Source: Anaerolineae bacterium (GTDB taxonomy: Bacteria > Chloroflexota > Anaerolineae > UBA1429). From it: 64,000 nucleotides of DNA. Below, piece by piece: positions 15,916-26,170 of the stretch (position 1 is the stretch's first letter; every line of letters starts with the position of its first letter). The translations under genes and the position numbers were made by a program. The stretch is taken from assembly GCA_963675785.1 (NCBI GenBank), contig OY776562.1, forward strand, positions 1,824,001-1,888,000, given 5' to 3'. The notes below the pieces were generated by a model. That model worked only from the letters and a program-made list of their open reading frames with translations. It was not told the DNA's origin and ran no database searches.

Positions 15916-17307
15916 CTAGCTGGCGCGCTTGCGTCTGTGCAACAAGCTGGCAAATTCAAAGTCGGGATAGAGATAGTCCGCCAGCCACACGGCACCCACT
16001 GCAAGCAGCAACCCCACCACAGCTGCAAGCAAAATCTTGGATAAAGTACCTGAAGATTGCGGTGCAGCCTCTGACGGTGCAAGAGAGGCGATGCTAACCA
16101 TATCTTCCGAGAAATCTGCTGATATGGTCAGCGTTTCTTGTTGTTTTTTTACTGTCTGATAAAAATCCCAGGCAGAATCACGGGCAGCGGTAAGCTCACG
16201 CTGTGTTGCCGATTCTTCTTCTAACTGCGCAGTCAATGTCCGCACTTGGTCTTCCAGCTCAGTGATTACTGCACCATCTTCGTCATCAGCAAGTGACAGA
16301 ACCTGGTTACTCAATAACAGCGCCGATTGAGAAGCAATCTCTTCAGAAACCACTGTCAGGCGAGCCGTCAGGATACTTTGCATGGCCTGCAACTCAACAA
16401 TCTGAACCTCTGGGTCTGTGGTAACCATAGTAGGATCAGTTAACTGAAGCTGAAGATCCATAGGCAATAGACTTGTTGTGTCAGAGTTGACAGATGTCCC
16501 CCCTAGCGAAGCATAGGCTTCCACCTTGAGCAGTAATAGAGACAGACCATTAGCTGAGTCACCTACGCCAGAACCCTGTTCAACCTGGGTGAGCAGTGAA
16601 TTCACGTCACTCAAGAGGTACTCCAACCTCTGGGCTGCAACATAACTATCTGATAGGCTCTTGGTCTCTGCATTAACCTGTTGCTGCAACACGGATTGGC
16701 GGCTTGCCTGCAAGCTATCTATCAGCGACTGTTTCTCATTGATAAGGCGCTGCAACTCGTCGATGCGGTTTTGAGCGATAAATCCTGCAAGTGCTTCCTG
16801 AGCAGTGGTATAGTCGGCCAAAGCCTGACTCGACAGAGAAGTATCTGCCTCAGCTGGCAAATAGATACTATTCGTACGCGCCACATACTCTTCTGCCCAT
16901 GTGTTGGCGATCAAAGAGGCAGAGGTAGGATCCTCTGTGGTAACGGTGATCAATACCAAATCACCCGATCCACTCGTTCCCTCGACGGCATCCAGCAGGT
17001 TGGCAACATCCTTCAAGTCCTGTGGCAATTCGTCGCCCAAAGATGCAATAACGGCCTCTGCGATATCTTTGGTCCTAACCAAGCCAATAAGTGTGTCGCT
17101 CTGGTCCGCGGCATCCCGATTAGGATTCAGCATGATACTGGCTGAAGCCTCATACGTATTGGGGCTAGCCTGCAATACAGCCAACGCTACCACACCCGCT
17201 AGAAAAGCAACACCCAGAATAAACCAGCTGTTTCTGATAATTTTGAGAAACAGCGGACGCAGATCAGTAAACTCGGGTTCGTGAGAAGTATCGGGGGTAA
17301 AACTCAC
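15916..17307 (-). CDS. Wzz/GumC-like polysaccharide chain-length determinant protein
   Basis: DLR.LF..I.R.W.IL TM1, YEASA, A..IAN.WA..Y, a long coiled coil, and A.AP...P before TM2. RBS AGGAGG. Confidence 0.8.
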   Translation of the reverse strand: MSFTPDTSHEPEFTDLRPLFLKIIRNSWFILGVAFLAGVVALAVLQASPNTYEASASIMLNPNRDAADQSDTLIGLVRTKDIAEAVIASLGDELPQDLKDVANLLDAVEGTSGSGDLVLITVTTEDPTSASLIANTWAEEYVARTNSIYLPAEADTSLSSQALADYTTAQEALAGFIAQNRIDELQRLINEKQSLIDSLQASRQSVLQQQVNAETKSLSDSYVAAQRLEYLLSDVNSLLTQVEQGSGVGDSANGLSLLLLKVEAYASLGGTSVNSDTTSLLPMDLQLQLTDPTMVTTDPEVQIVELQAMQSILTARLTVVSEEIASQSALLLSNQVLSLADDEDGAVITELEDQVRTLTAQLEEESATQRELTAARDSAWDFYQTVKKQQETLTISADFSEDMVSIASLAPSEAAPQSSGTLSKILLAAVVGLLLAVGAVWLADYLYPDFEFASLLHRRKRAS

Positions 17308-17632
17308 AGTCGCCTCCTATTGGCAGATATGATAGCGCAGATCTTGTCAACTTGATTCTGGAAACATAAAGGAGTGCTATTAATTTATAACTATTGTTGT
17401 TTGATGAATTCGCTCTCCAGTATATACGAGATGTTTCCAGTGGCAAGCTGGGGAACGAGCAAAAAGAACGATGAAATAGTGCACGGCTAGGTCGGGCTAA
17501 AATTGAAAGTCAGTGTACGATCGAGGCAAAAAGTCCATTCAACTCTGACACAACAATGCCCTCTCAACAGAGCAACCACTGAGAGGGCGCTACCAGAGGC
17601 ATCATCGCTGATACAAAGCACTCGCTGGCACG

Positions 17633-20600
17633 CTAATTCTTTTTCAACGCCTGGCGCACTTTTCTGCCCAGTTGCTCGCGATTAAAAGGCTTGTGCAAAA
17701 AGCCTACGCCTCTATCTAGCACGCCCTGGTGAGCAATGACATCAGCAGTGTATCCTGACATGAATAACCGTTTCATCTCAGGATAGAGTTTAAGCAGATC
17801 TCGAGCCAAGTCTCGACCGTTCATCTCGGGCATCACCACATCTGTTATCAAAAGATGAATCTCGCCAGAATGATTCTCAGCCAAAGCGATGGCCTTTCCT
17901 GGCGTCTCGGCGGTCAAAACGCAATATCCCAGTTTCTCGAGCATCAGCCTGGTGAGATTCAGAATCGTAGGCTCATCTTCGACCAACAATATTGTCTCAT
18001 GTCCACCGACATCCGATTTGTCCGACACCGCAGAAAGCGACGCTTCTAACTTGCCAATATAGCGCGGTAGGTAGATCTTGAATGTGGTACCCAGACCGAT
18101 CTCACTATATACATTGACAAAGCCCTTATTTTGTCGGACAATGCCGTAAACCGTTGATAATCCCAGCCCGGTGCCTTTTCCTGGCTCTTTTGTGGTGAAG
18201 AACGGCTCAAAAATCTTGGATCGGGTCTGCTCATCCATGCCATTACCATTATCGCTAACGCACAATTGTATATAGTCTCCGGGGATGCATTCTTCGATTC
18301 CTGTACAAGAGTCAGCATCAAACACTACATTGTGACTTTCGATGGTGATTCTGCCCACCCCCACAATCGCGTCACGTGCATTGACACAGAGATTGGCCAG
18401 AACTTGGTTGATCTGGGTCGGGTCCATTTCGATCGGCCACAGCTCCGCAGCCGGGTTCCAGACCAAATCAACATCCTCGCCAATGAGGCGCCCCAACATC
18501 TTGAGCATGCCGGATACCGTCTCGTTCAGATCAAGCACCTGTGGCGATACAGTTTGCCTGCGAGCAAACGCCAGTAGTTGCTGAGTGAGCTCAGCCGAAC
18601 GCTGGGCGGCACCCTCTATCTCTAATAAGTCCGCATAGAGAGGTTGAGATGGATCCAGAACGTCCAGAGCCATCTCGGCGTAACCCAGTATGACCGAGAG
18701 CATGTTGTTAAAGTCGTGGGCCACACCGCCGGCCAGTCGCCCCACGGCCTCCATCTTTTGCGACTGCCGTAGCTGTTCTTCAAGCTTGAGTTCAGCGGTG
18801 ATATCGCGCTTTACTGCGACATAGTTCACCGTCCTGCCAGCAGCGTCACGCACTGGCGAGATGACAGCATCTTCAGTATAGAGCGTACCATCTTTCTTTT
18901 GGTTAACAAGCTGGCCTTGCCAAGTCTCTCCGCGCAGCAGTGTGTCCCACATTTCGCTATAAAAGGCTGAGGATTGCACACCACTATGGAGAATGCGTGG
19001 ATTCTGCCCCAGAGCTTCCTGCCGCGAGTATCCCGTGATTTTCTCAAAAGTCGGATTCACGTACTGTATAATGCCGTCTGTATCAGTGATCAAGATGGTT
19101 TCAGCAGCCTGTTCGATGGCCATCATCAAAAGTTCGTGCTTCTCTTCGGCCTTTCTGCGATCGGTAACATCCTGACCTACGATGATAGTCGTTGGTTCGC
19201 CATCCATCTGCACGTCAACTGATGAAGTAATGACCCAAACTGGCGATCCATCCGACCGAAGAAATTGTAATTCCGTAGGGCTGCTGTCACTCGTCTCGTT
19301 TACTCGGGTTAAACTCTGTCGTCTGACAGGCTGCAATTCTGGCGAAATCGTTTCAAACACGTCCATGCCGATAAACTGCTCGGCCCGATCAAATCCCATG
19401 AGGTTTACACTTTGGGGATTGGCATAGACGTACTTGCCATCGCGAACAACCAGTATGGACATGGGAGCCGATTCAACCAGAGCGCGAAATCGTTCTTCAC
19501 TCTCGCGCAACGCTGCATCAACGTAATGTTGCTCAGTAATATCGAGAAAAGAACCAACGAGCCGTAGTGGAGCGCCCTGCTCATCGTAGTCGAGACGCCC
19601 TATCGAGTGCAGCCAACGTACCGAGCCGTCGGGCAGTACAATACGTATTTCAATATCATAGGGAATACCCGTCTCGATGGCTCTGTTCACCGCCTCAATG
19701 GCTTGCGCACGATCATCGGGATGAATGATGGCAAAGGCGAGCTCAGCAGCGGGTTCCAGGCTGCCCGGCTCCAAGCCACAAATCCTAAAGAACTCGTCCG
19801 ACCAGGAACTCTTGCCAGTGGCGATATCCCTCGACCAACTGCCCAAATGAGAAAGGCGCTCGGCCTCCTTGAGACGCTGCTCGCTCTCGCGTAACGACTC
19901 TTCGGCGCGCTTGCGCTCAGAGATATCACGAATAATCGCACTCGTGCCGATAGGCTGACCTTGACTATCTTTGAGAAGACTAATGGTCATCTCGACAGGG
20001 ATGCGTCGACCATCGGCGGTAATGCGTTCGGTCTCAAAACCTTGCACGAATCCATTCTCTATCACGCCCTGGATCAACTTCTTTTGTTCAATCAGTCGAT
20101 CCTCGGGACAGAACTGGCTAATCGCCATGCCCAGTGCCGACTGAGCAGAGTATCCATATAACTTTTCGGCACCGGCATTGAACAAGGTGATTATCCCATT
20201 CAGGTCCATGGCCACCACTGCGTCGCTGGTCGAAGCCAGGATGTCTCTGTATTTGCGCTCAGTAAGCTCACGTTGAGCCTCTGTCTCGATGGACCAGAGC
20301 GCAAAAGCGATGTCAGAGGCGGCTTCGGTAAGCAAGCTCTGTTCCTCGACGTCTTGGGCGACCGCCTGTGGTACTGAGACACTCAACCAGCCAAAGAGAT
20401 GATCCCCATGCTCAATGCGCGTGGCGAGCGTGGCTTGTCTGGCTCGTCCCTCATAGTGCGCAGCAAGAGGGCAAGGGCTACATTGGCTGACAGGGTCGAG
20501 AATGACATGCACGCCGCCAGCCTGCAGACATTCACGCGCACACTCGGGGGCGATACCCTGATTCAAAAGCTCGATAACTGCGTCGAACTCGCTATCGAAA

Positions 20601-21211
20601 CCAGCTTGATAGCACCTCCCCATGACCCCGCTCTCATCCACCAAACCGATCCAAGCATTTTGATAGCCTCGCGTCTCAACCAGCATATGGCATGCGGTCT
20701 CTAGGAGACTGTCCCCATCCTTTTCGTGGGTAATCAGCTGGTTCACATTACGGATGGCAGAGAGTACCCGATTCAGATGATCCAGACGTTTTGCAGAATC
20801 AGAAAGCGCCGCCGTACGTTCGGCAACTTGAGCCTCCAAAGTGCGGTTTATCTGTCTGACTGCTTGCGCATTGCGCGCATTTTCGATATAGAGCGCAGCC
20901 AGGTTAGCCGTGTTTCCGACAAAAGCATCATAAGGATCAAAGGCCGTTTCGTCGGCCACACAAAGATCTATGGAACCATACTGTCGCTCACTGGTCGAGA
21001 GTAGGTAGCGAAAGCGGCGGCCATTTAAAGAGTTGGCAAGGTCTGCATCACCTTGAATAAAGACTTTACAACCAGCCACACCAGGCAGTTCCTCAAGCGC
21101 GTGCACCATCATTTCGCAGAGTCGCTCTTCGTCGGGGGCAACATTCAACGTACTCTGCAATAGCAAGATACGCCCCAAAACGCCAGGATCTAGAGAGCTC
21201 GGTCCACTCAC
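17633..21211 (-). CDS. Hybrid sensor histidine kinase (GAF, 4 PAS/PAC, HisKA, HATPase, REC)
   Basis: H-box LAGGVAHDFNNML, N-box NLCVNARDA, G boxes DNGNGM, FFTTK.PGKGTGLGL, and C-terminal REC (LLITDVVMP). Confidence 0.95.
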   Translation of the reverse strand: MSGPSSLDPGVLGRILLLQSTLNVAPDEERLCEMMVHALEELPGVAGCKVFIQGDADLANSLNGRRFRYLLSTSERQYGSIDLCVADETAFDPYDAFVGNTANLAALYIENARNAQAVRQINRTLEAQVAERTAALSDSAKRLDHLNRVLSAIRNVNQLITHEKDGDSLLETACHMLVETRGYQNAWIGLVDESGVMGRCYQAGFDSEFDAVIELLNQGIAPECARECLQAGGVHVILDPVSQCSPCPLAAHYEGRARQATLATRIEHGDHLFGWLSVSVPQAVAQDVEEQSLLTEAASDIAFALWSIETEAQRELTERKYRDILASTSDAVVAMDLNGIITLFNAGAEKLYGYSAQSALGMAISQFCPEDRLIEQKKLIQGVIENGFVQGFETERITADGRRIPVEMTISLLKDSQGQPIGTSAIIRDISERKRAEESLRESEQRLKEAERLSHLGSWSRDIATGKSSWSDEFFRICGLEPGSLEPAAELAFAIIHPDDRAQAIEAVNRAIETGIPYDIEIRIVLPDGSVRWLHSIGRLDYDEQGAPLRLVGSFLDITEQHYVDAALRESEERFRALVESAPMSILVVRDGKYVYANPQSVNLMGFDRAEQFIGMDVFETISPELQPVRRQSLTRVNETSDSSPTELQFLRSDGSPVWVITSSVDVQMDGEPTTIIVGQDVTDRRKAEEKHELLMMAIEQAAETILITDTDGIIQYVNPTFEKITGYSRQEALGQNPRILHSGVQSSAFYSEMWDTLLRGETWQGQLVNQKKDGTLYTEDAVISPVRDAAGRTVNYVAVKRDITAELKLEEQLRQSQKMEAVGRLAGGVAHDFNNMLSVILGYAEMALDVLDPSQPLYADLLEIEGAAQRSAELTQQLLAFARRQTVSPQVLDLNETVSGMLKMLGRLIGEDVDLVWNPAAELWPIEMDPTQINQVLANLCVNARDAIVGVGRITIESHNVVFDADSCTGIEECIPGDYIQLCVSDNGNGMDEQTRSKIFEPFFTTKEPGKGTGLGLSTVYGIVRQNKGFVNVYSEIGLGTTFKIYLPRYIGKLEASLSAVSDKSDVGGHETILLVEDEPTILNLTRLMLEKLGYCVLTAETPGKAIALAENHSGEIHLLITDVVMPEMNGRDLARDLLKLYPEMKRLFMSGYTADVIAHQGVLDRGVGFLHKPFNREQLGRKVRQALKKN

Positions 21212-21864
21212 AAAGCATGTCCCTTCAGCCGAGAATTATACTCATCCATAAAGGTCTGGGGCTCAATGTAAAAGGGATTCTTTACCAACTGACCGTGGAC
21301 GATCATAACTGGATGAATACTCATGACATCGAGAAGGACAGCGCCGTCAAAACGCCGGGCATCATACTGACAGCAAGCAGTATAGGGAAGTTCGTCAAGG
21401 AGAAGCGTCAGGCGTGCCTCATACTCCATCAGGGTAGCCTCATCAACCCGCCCCTTAACAAGACACCAGCTCATCTCACCGATGCCACGTGCACCATCAA
21501 AGCCCTCGTTTTCTACGGCCTGTCTGTAGAACGCGCGAGTCATGTCGAGCATCTCTTCAGTACTAAAGGTACCCTTGGGGTAATAGATGGACGGAGCGCC
21601 AGAGAGGGTCAAACCTGCAGTTTTGGCCTGCACATCTACATCGAGTTCAGTAAATGACTGAAGAATCTCTTCGGGAGTTGCCTTGTCGGCAATGTATAGG
21701 ACTTTTTCATTGGCCAGGAGGCCGCTTTCGATATATTTCGCCACGACCCTGCGACGCTCGGCATCATCGTTATAGATGTAACAGACGTGTTGACCTTCCT
21801 CCACCATCTGCCCGGGAAAACCTACAGATATCCTTCTACGCGCCAAATCAGCACCACTACACAT
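21208..21864 (-). CDS. Stand-alone MEDS (methanogen/methylotroph DcmR sensory) domain protein
   Basis: GQHVCYIY, GL..NEKVLY, R.IGEMSW, YEARL, CQYDARRF and HP motifs. RBS AAGGAGG before ATG 21864; GTGA overlap with the kinase. Confidence 0.88.
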   Translation of the reverse strand: MCSGADLARRRISVGFPGQMVEEGQHVCYIYNDDAERRRVVAKYIESGLLANEKVLYIADKATPEEILQSFTELDVDVQAKTAGLTLSGAPSIYYPKGTFSTEEMLDMTRAFYRQAVENEGFDGARGIGEMSWCLVKGRVDEATLMEYEARLTLLLDELPYTACCQYDARRFDGAVLLDVMSIHPVMIVHGQLVKNPFYIEPQTFMDEYNSRLKGHAL

Positions 21865-22177
21865 CTGAGTCCTCCTTGCATAGCCAGGTAGTCCCACCCA
21901 TTATAAGGGACGTGAACTCGCTCACATTCTTAGCGAATTCACCAGAACTGGCCCCTATTGCGGCCTTGGCCAGAATTTCCTCCGGACCATCATTGGCAAC
22001 TGCACCGCGGTCCAACGCCATCAAAATGAGCGGTTGTCGCGTTCGTGAGAGTAGAATGATGGGTGTTGGAAATTACACGCTGCAATTATGTTAATCATAA
22101 CATATACGATGCGCCTTTGCATAGATATTTTTCAGGGTGTGAGACACACCAACCCGCAGAGGCGATCCGGCAAAGAT

Positions 22178-22205
22178 TTGACACACATCCCATGCCGTCT
22201 ATACT
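22178..22205 (+). promoter_or_regulatory. sigma70-type promoter of the tRNA cluster
   Basis: TTGACA-N16-TATACT about 30 nt upstream of tRNA-Lys. Confidence 0.75.
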
Positions 22206-22236
22206 ATCTTTGTTGATGGGACAAGCCCTGAAGCGA

Positions 22237-22309
<73 letters not shown>

Positions 22310-22344
22310 CAGAGGTGTGGGAGTTTCTCCAACCAATCTAGCAC

Positions 22345-22426
22345 GGGGAAGTGTCGGAACTGGCAGACGAGCGTGACTTAGGATCACGTGGAGAAATCCG
22401 TGAGAGTTCAAGTCTCTCCTTCCCCA
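22345..22426 (+). tRNA. tRNA-Leu (TAG)
   Basis: GGGGAAG...CTTCCCCA, anticodon arm CGTGA-CT-TAG-GA-TCACG, long variable arm. Confidence 0.95.
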
Positions 22427-22438
22427 CCTAAGCAAAAT

Positions 22439-22510
22439 GCGGAAGTGGCTCAGTGGTAGAGCATCTCCTTGCCAAGGAGAGGGTCGCGAGTTCGAATCTC
22501 GTCTTCCGCT
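22439..22510 (+). tRNA. tRNA-Gly (GCC)
   Basis: GCGGAAG...CTTCCGCT, anticodon arm TCTCC-TT-GCC-AA-GGAGA. Confidence 0.96.
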
Positions 22511-22516
22511 CTAATT

Positions 22517-22559
22517 GGGCTGGTTTGCGGATTGAGCCGTAAACCAGCCTATTGTTTTA
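22517..22559 (+). terminator. Terminator after tRNA cluster
   Basis: GGCTGGTTTGCGG-attgag-CCGTAAACCAGCC followed by TATTGTTTT. Confidence 0.75.
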
Positions 22560-22603
22560 TCACCGTAATGGTGCTTTGCTTTTTTTCCACAAGCCAAACC
22601 TTA

Positions 22604-22612
22604 TGCTATAAT
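22604..22612 (+). promoter_or_regulatory. Extended -10 promoter of tig-clpP-clpX
   Basis: TGnTATAAT about 75 nt upstream of tig. Confidence 0.6.
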
Positions 22613-22688
22613 ACGTGTCGGTTCGGCATCAATAGTTGCACTGTTCGGAATGAGCCGGACGTATTTGCCGTAGACGGAGGATCTAGCT

Positions 22689-24053
22689 TTGAAGGTCACG
22701 ACCGAAACCGTTGCCCCCCGCGAAGTAAAGCTCACCATTGAGCCCGACGCGGACAAGCTGCTCAAGGCGCGTCGCGCCGCAGCTCGCTCCATTTCCCAGT
22801 ATCGTCCAATTGCCGGTTATCGCCCGGGCAAAGCCCCACTAGAGATGGTTGAACGCATCTTTGGTGTAGACGTTGTTTTGGACGAAGCCCTGAATACCAT
22901 CTCCGAAAGTCTCTATCGTGATGCAGTCAAAGAAGCTGAGCTCGATCCGTATGAGCCCGGACAGTTTGAAATTGAATCCCGCGATCCGCTTGTGGTAACA
23001 TTGAATGTTTCGCTCATGCCGACGATCGACCTCGGTGACTACAAGTCGCTGCACGTTGATCCTCAGCCCGAGCCCGCTGTTACCGATGAACAGGTCGACG
23101 AGGAGATCCAGGAGCTGCGTGAGCAGAATCTGGAATACGAACCCGTTGAGCGCATCGCAACCATTGGTGATCAAGTTGTGCTAGATATGCGCGGCGAGAT
23201 TGATGGGGAAACTGTCGTTGAAGAGACCGGTACAGAGATGCTGGTCAACGCTGATGTGGAGCCTATTGGTCTTGCTGAAGTCCTTGTTGGTAAGGCCGCT
23301 GGCGAGACGAGCACTGCAGTGTTGTCTTACTCGGACGGCTTTGAGAACCAGGAACTGGCAGGCAAGAGTATTACTATGACGATTACCGTGCAGACGGTGC
23401 GTGAGCCCAAACTGCCCGAAGTCGATGACGAGTTTGCCAAGGATGTAAGCGAGTACGAGACACTTGATGAACTCAAGAACTCGATCAGCGAGCGCCTTCT
23501 CGCGCAAGCCCAGGCAGAGGCTAATGCCACCGAGCGCAGAGCAGTCATTACTGCCTTGGTTGAAAATGCTACCATTGAATACCCTGTGGCAGCCGTTGAC
23601 CACGAACTGGATGCGGCAATCAATCGGCAAAAGAGCCAGATTGCCCAAATGGGGCTCGAATGGCAGGCCTATTTGCGCATGATCGGTACTGATGAGCAGG
23701 CACTGCGCGACCAAAATCGTGAGGACGCTGAAGAGCGACTCAAGGACTCGCTGGTTCTTTCCGAGTTCTCGCGAGCCGAAGAGATTACGGTCTCGCCGAA
23801 CGAGATTGAAGAACAGTTGAACCTATACGCCGCCATGTATGGCAGCGCAGATCAGGCCGATGAAATCAAGCGGCAACTCATCGCTAATGGCGCTATTTGG
23901 TCTATTGAAAGCGACTTGCGCACGCAGCGGGCGCTAGACCATCTTCTTGCTCTACTCACTGGTCGTGAGCTTGAAACAGAGCTAGAAGCTGAAGAACCGG
24001 CTCCAGAGGAAACCGTGTCAGAGGAATCAACAGAAGATTCCGAGACAGAGTAA
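22689..24053 (+). CDS. tig: Trigger factor
   Basis: GYRPGKAP ribosome-binding motif, FKBP-like domain and DDEFAK. TTG start with GGAGG; upstream of clpP-clpX. Confidence 0.95.
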   Translation: MKVTTETVAPREVKLTIEPDADKLLKARRAAARSISQYRPIAGYRPGKAPLEMVERIFGVDVVLDEALNTISESLYRDAVKEAELDPYEPGQFEIESRDPLVVTLNVSLMPTIDLGDYKSLHVDPQPEPAVTDEQVDEEIQELREQNLEYEPVERIATIGDQVVLDMRGEIDGETVVEETGTEMLVNADVEPIGLAEVLVGKAAGETSTAVLSYSDGFENQELAGKSITMTITVQTVREPKLPEVDDEFAKDVSEYETLDELKNSISERLLAQAQAEANATERRAVITALVENATIEYPVAAVDHELDAAINRQKSQIAQMGLEWQAYLRMIGTDEQALRDQNREDAEERLKDSLVLSEFSRAEEITVSPNEIEEQLNLYAAMYGSADQADEIKRQLIANGAIWSIESDLRTQRALDHLLALLTGRELETELEAEEPAPEETVSEESTEDSETE

Positions 24054-24170
24054 CTCTTGTTGTTCGGAGCCGAACAATTCGGTTGGCGGGGCAACCCGCT
24101 GGCCTTGTTCGGCTCTTTTTATAGGCCACACTAGTAGCTGTAGGATTAAGTGTGAGAGAACGGAGGAATC

Positions 24171-24791
24171 ATGAGCTCTGACGCACTGGTCCCCATGGTC
24201 GTTGAATCCAGCGGTCGCGGTGAGCGAGCGTATGACATTTATTCGCTCCTGCTCAAGTCCCGAATTATCTTTCTTGGCACACAGATCAACGATCAAGTCG
24301 CAAACCTTATCGTTGCCCAAATTCTATACCTAGCCCACGAAGATCCCGAACGCGAGATTCGCATGTACATCAACTCGCCGGGCGGCGTCGTCTATTCGGG
24401 CCTGGCTATTTACGATACCATGCAACTCGTTAGCTGCCCCATCGAGACCATTGCCGTGGGCAGCACAGCCAGCATGGGGACAGTTCTACTTGCGGCTGGC
24501 ACACCCGGCCGACGCTATGCCCTGCCGAATGCAACCATCCACATTCATCAGCCGTTGGGTGGCGCTCAAGGTCAGGCCAGTGATCTGCAAATCCAGGCCA
24601 ACGAGATCTTGCGTCTTCGCAAGCGCTTGAATGGCATCTTGGCTATGCACACAAGCCAACCCATGGAACGCATCGAAGTGGATACCGATCGTGATCACTT
24701 TATGGATGCTGACGAGGCTCTGGCTTATGGGCTGGTGGACCATATCATCAACCCGGCTGAAAAAGCGGGGACTGTAGAGGAAAAAGAATGA
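24171..24791 (+). CDS. clpP: ATP-dependent Clp protease proteolytic subunit
   Basis: YINSPGG, ASMG (Ser), IHQPLGG (His) and DRD (Asp). Confidence 0.97.
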   Translation: MSSDALVPMVVESSGRGERAYDIYSLLLKSRIIFLGTQINDQVANLIVAQILYLAHEDPEREIRMYINSPGGVVYSGLAIYDTMQLVSCPIETIAVGSTASMGTVLLAAGTPGRRYALPNATIHIHQPLGGAQGQASDLQIQANEILRLRKRLNGILAMHTSQPMERIEVDTDRDHFMDADEALAYGLVDHIINPAEKAGTVEEKE

Positions 24792-26038
24792 CGGGCACCA
24801 CTCAAACCGAGGCGCAATGCTCCTTTTGCGGACGCCCCGAACATATGGTTGGTCGTCTGATCAACGGTCCGGATGGTATTAATATCTGTGATTCGTGCGT
24901 ACAGCTCTGCCAGCGAATTCTGGAAAGCGAAGCTGAAGAAGACGATCTTCCGCCTCTCTCGTTGAGTCAGGTACCTACTCCACGCGAGCTTTCTGCCGCC
25001 CTTGACGAGTATGTCATTGGGCAGGAACGCGCCAAGCGTGTTCTTTCTGTAGCCGTGTACAACCACTATAAGCGAATTTCGGTACAGGGCTCGGTGGATG
25101 CCAACGCTGATGTCGAGCTATCCAAGAGCAACATCCTGCTGTTGGGGCCAACGGGCTGCGGCAAAACGCTTCTTGCCCAAACGCTGGCTCACGTGTTGGA
25201 TGTACCCTTTTGCATTGCGGATGCAACCTCGCTCACTGAAGCCGGCTATGTCGGTGAGGATGTAGAGAACATCCTCACTCGCCTACTGCAGGCTTCGGAC
25301 TATAACGTCAAACGAGCAGAGCGGGGTATCATTTATATTGACGAGATCGACAAGATCGCCCGTAAAACCGGCGGCAATCCCTCGATCACCCGCGATGTCT
25401 CGGGGGAGGGTGTACAGCAAGCCTTACTCAAGATATTGGAGGGCACCGTAGCCAACGTGCCCCCGCAGGGCGGCCGCAAGCACCCGCATCAAGAATTCGT
25501 TCAACTGGATACGTCCAACATCCTGTTCATCTGTGGCGGAGCCTTTGACGGCCTTGAAGAGGTCATCGGCAAGCGCGTCGAAACGGGCATGGACATGGGC
25601 TTTAATGCCGCTAAACGCGGCAAAGCCGAGCTTTCGGCAGTTCTGGAAAAGGTTGCCGGTGAAGATCTGGTGCATTACGGTCTGATCCCCGAGTTTGTCG
25701 GACGCGTGCCCGTCATCGCCACAGTACAAAGCCTTGACGAAAATGACATGGTGCGCATTCTCATCGAGCCGCGCAACGCCCTGATACGACAGTACAAACG
25801 GCTCTTTGCCCTGGATAATGTCGAACTCACCTTTACCGAAGAGGCCCTCAGAGCGGCAGCTCACGAGGCCATCCAATCCAAGATGGGTGCGCGCGGCTTG
25901 CGCAGCATTATCGAAGAGACACTTTTGGATGTGATGTATGAACTCCCCTCACATCCTGAAATCACGGCCTGGGCGGTAGACGCAGAAACTGTGGCAAAGC
26001 GTCACGACCGCAATCCGGATATTCAGCAAGCGGCATAA
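24788..26038 (+). CDS. clpX: ATP-dependent Clp protease ATPase subunit
   Basis: CSFCG zinc finger, [26 protein letters not shown] and GARGLR. Confidence 0.97.
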   Translation: MTGTTQTEAQCSFCGRPEHMVGRLINGPDGINICDSCVQLCQRILESEAEEDDLPPLSLSQVPTPRELSAALDEYVIGQERAKRVLSVAVYNHYKRISVQGSVDANADVELSKSNILLLGPTGCGKTLLAQTLAHVLDVPFCIADATSLTEAGYVGEDVENILTRLLQASDYNVKRAERGIIYIDEIDKIARKTGGNPSITRDVSGEGVQQALLKILEGTVANVPPQGGRKHPHQEFVQLDTSNILFICGGAFDGLEEVIGKRVETGMDMGFNAAKRGKAELSAVLEKVAGEDLVHYGLIPEFVGRVPVIATVQSLDENDMVRILIEPRNALIRQYKRLFALDNVELTFTEEALRAAAHEAIQSKMGARGLRSIIEETLLDVMYELPSHPEITAWAVDAETVAKRHDRNPDIQQAA

Positions 26039-26070
26039 CACCCTGCCTGCAGGAAAACCCGTATGACAAT

Positions 26071-26102
26071 GGCGGATGAGCAAGAATTACTGCTTATCCG
26101 CC
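26071..26102 (+). terminator. Hairpin / probable terminator after clpX
   Basis: GGCGGATGAGCA...TGCTTATCCGCC with a weak U-tract. Confidence 0.5.
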
Positions 26103-26111
26103 TTCTATATG

Positions 26112-26140
26112 TTGACACATGTTTACCTTTTTCCTAGAAT
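26112..26140 (+). promoter_or_regulatory. sigma70-type promoter of the alaS operon
   Basis: TTGACA-N17-TAGAAT. Confidence 0.7.
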
Positions 26141-26170
26141 ACGTTGAATTCTTTACTGGGAGACTGCTTG

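Noticed and set aside
21900-22030. Minus-strand fragment LDRGAVANDGPEEILA resembling an ABC ATPase C-terminus (pseudogene)
   Set aside because: Too short, with no other ABC motifs; may be chance.
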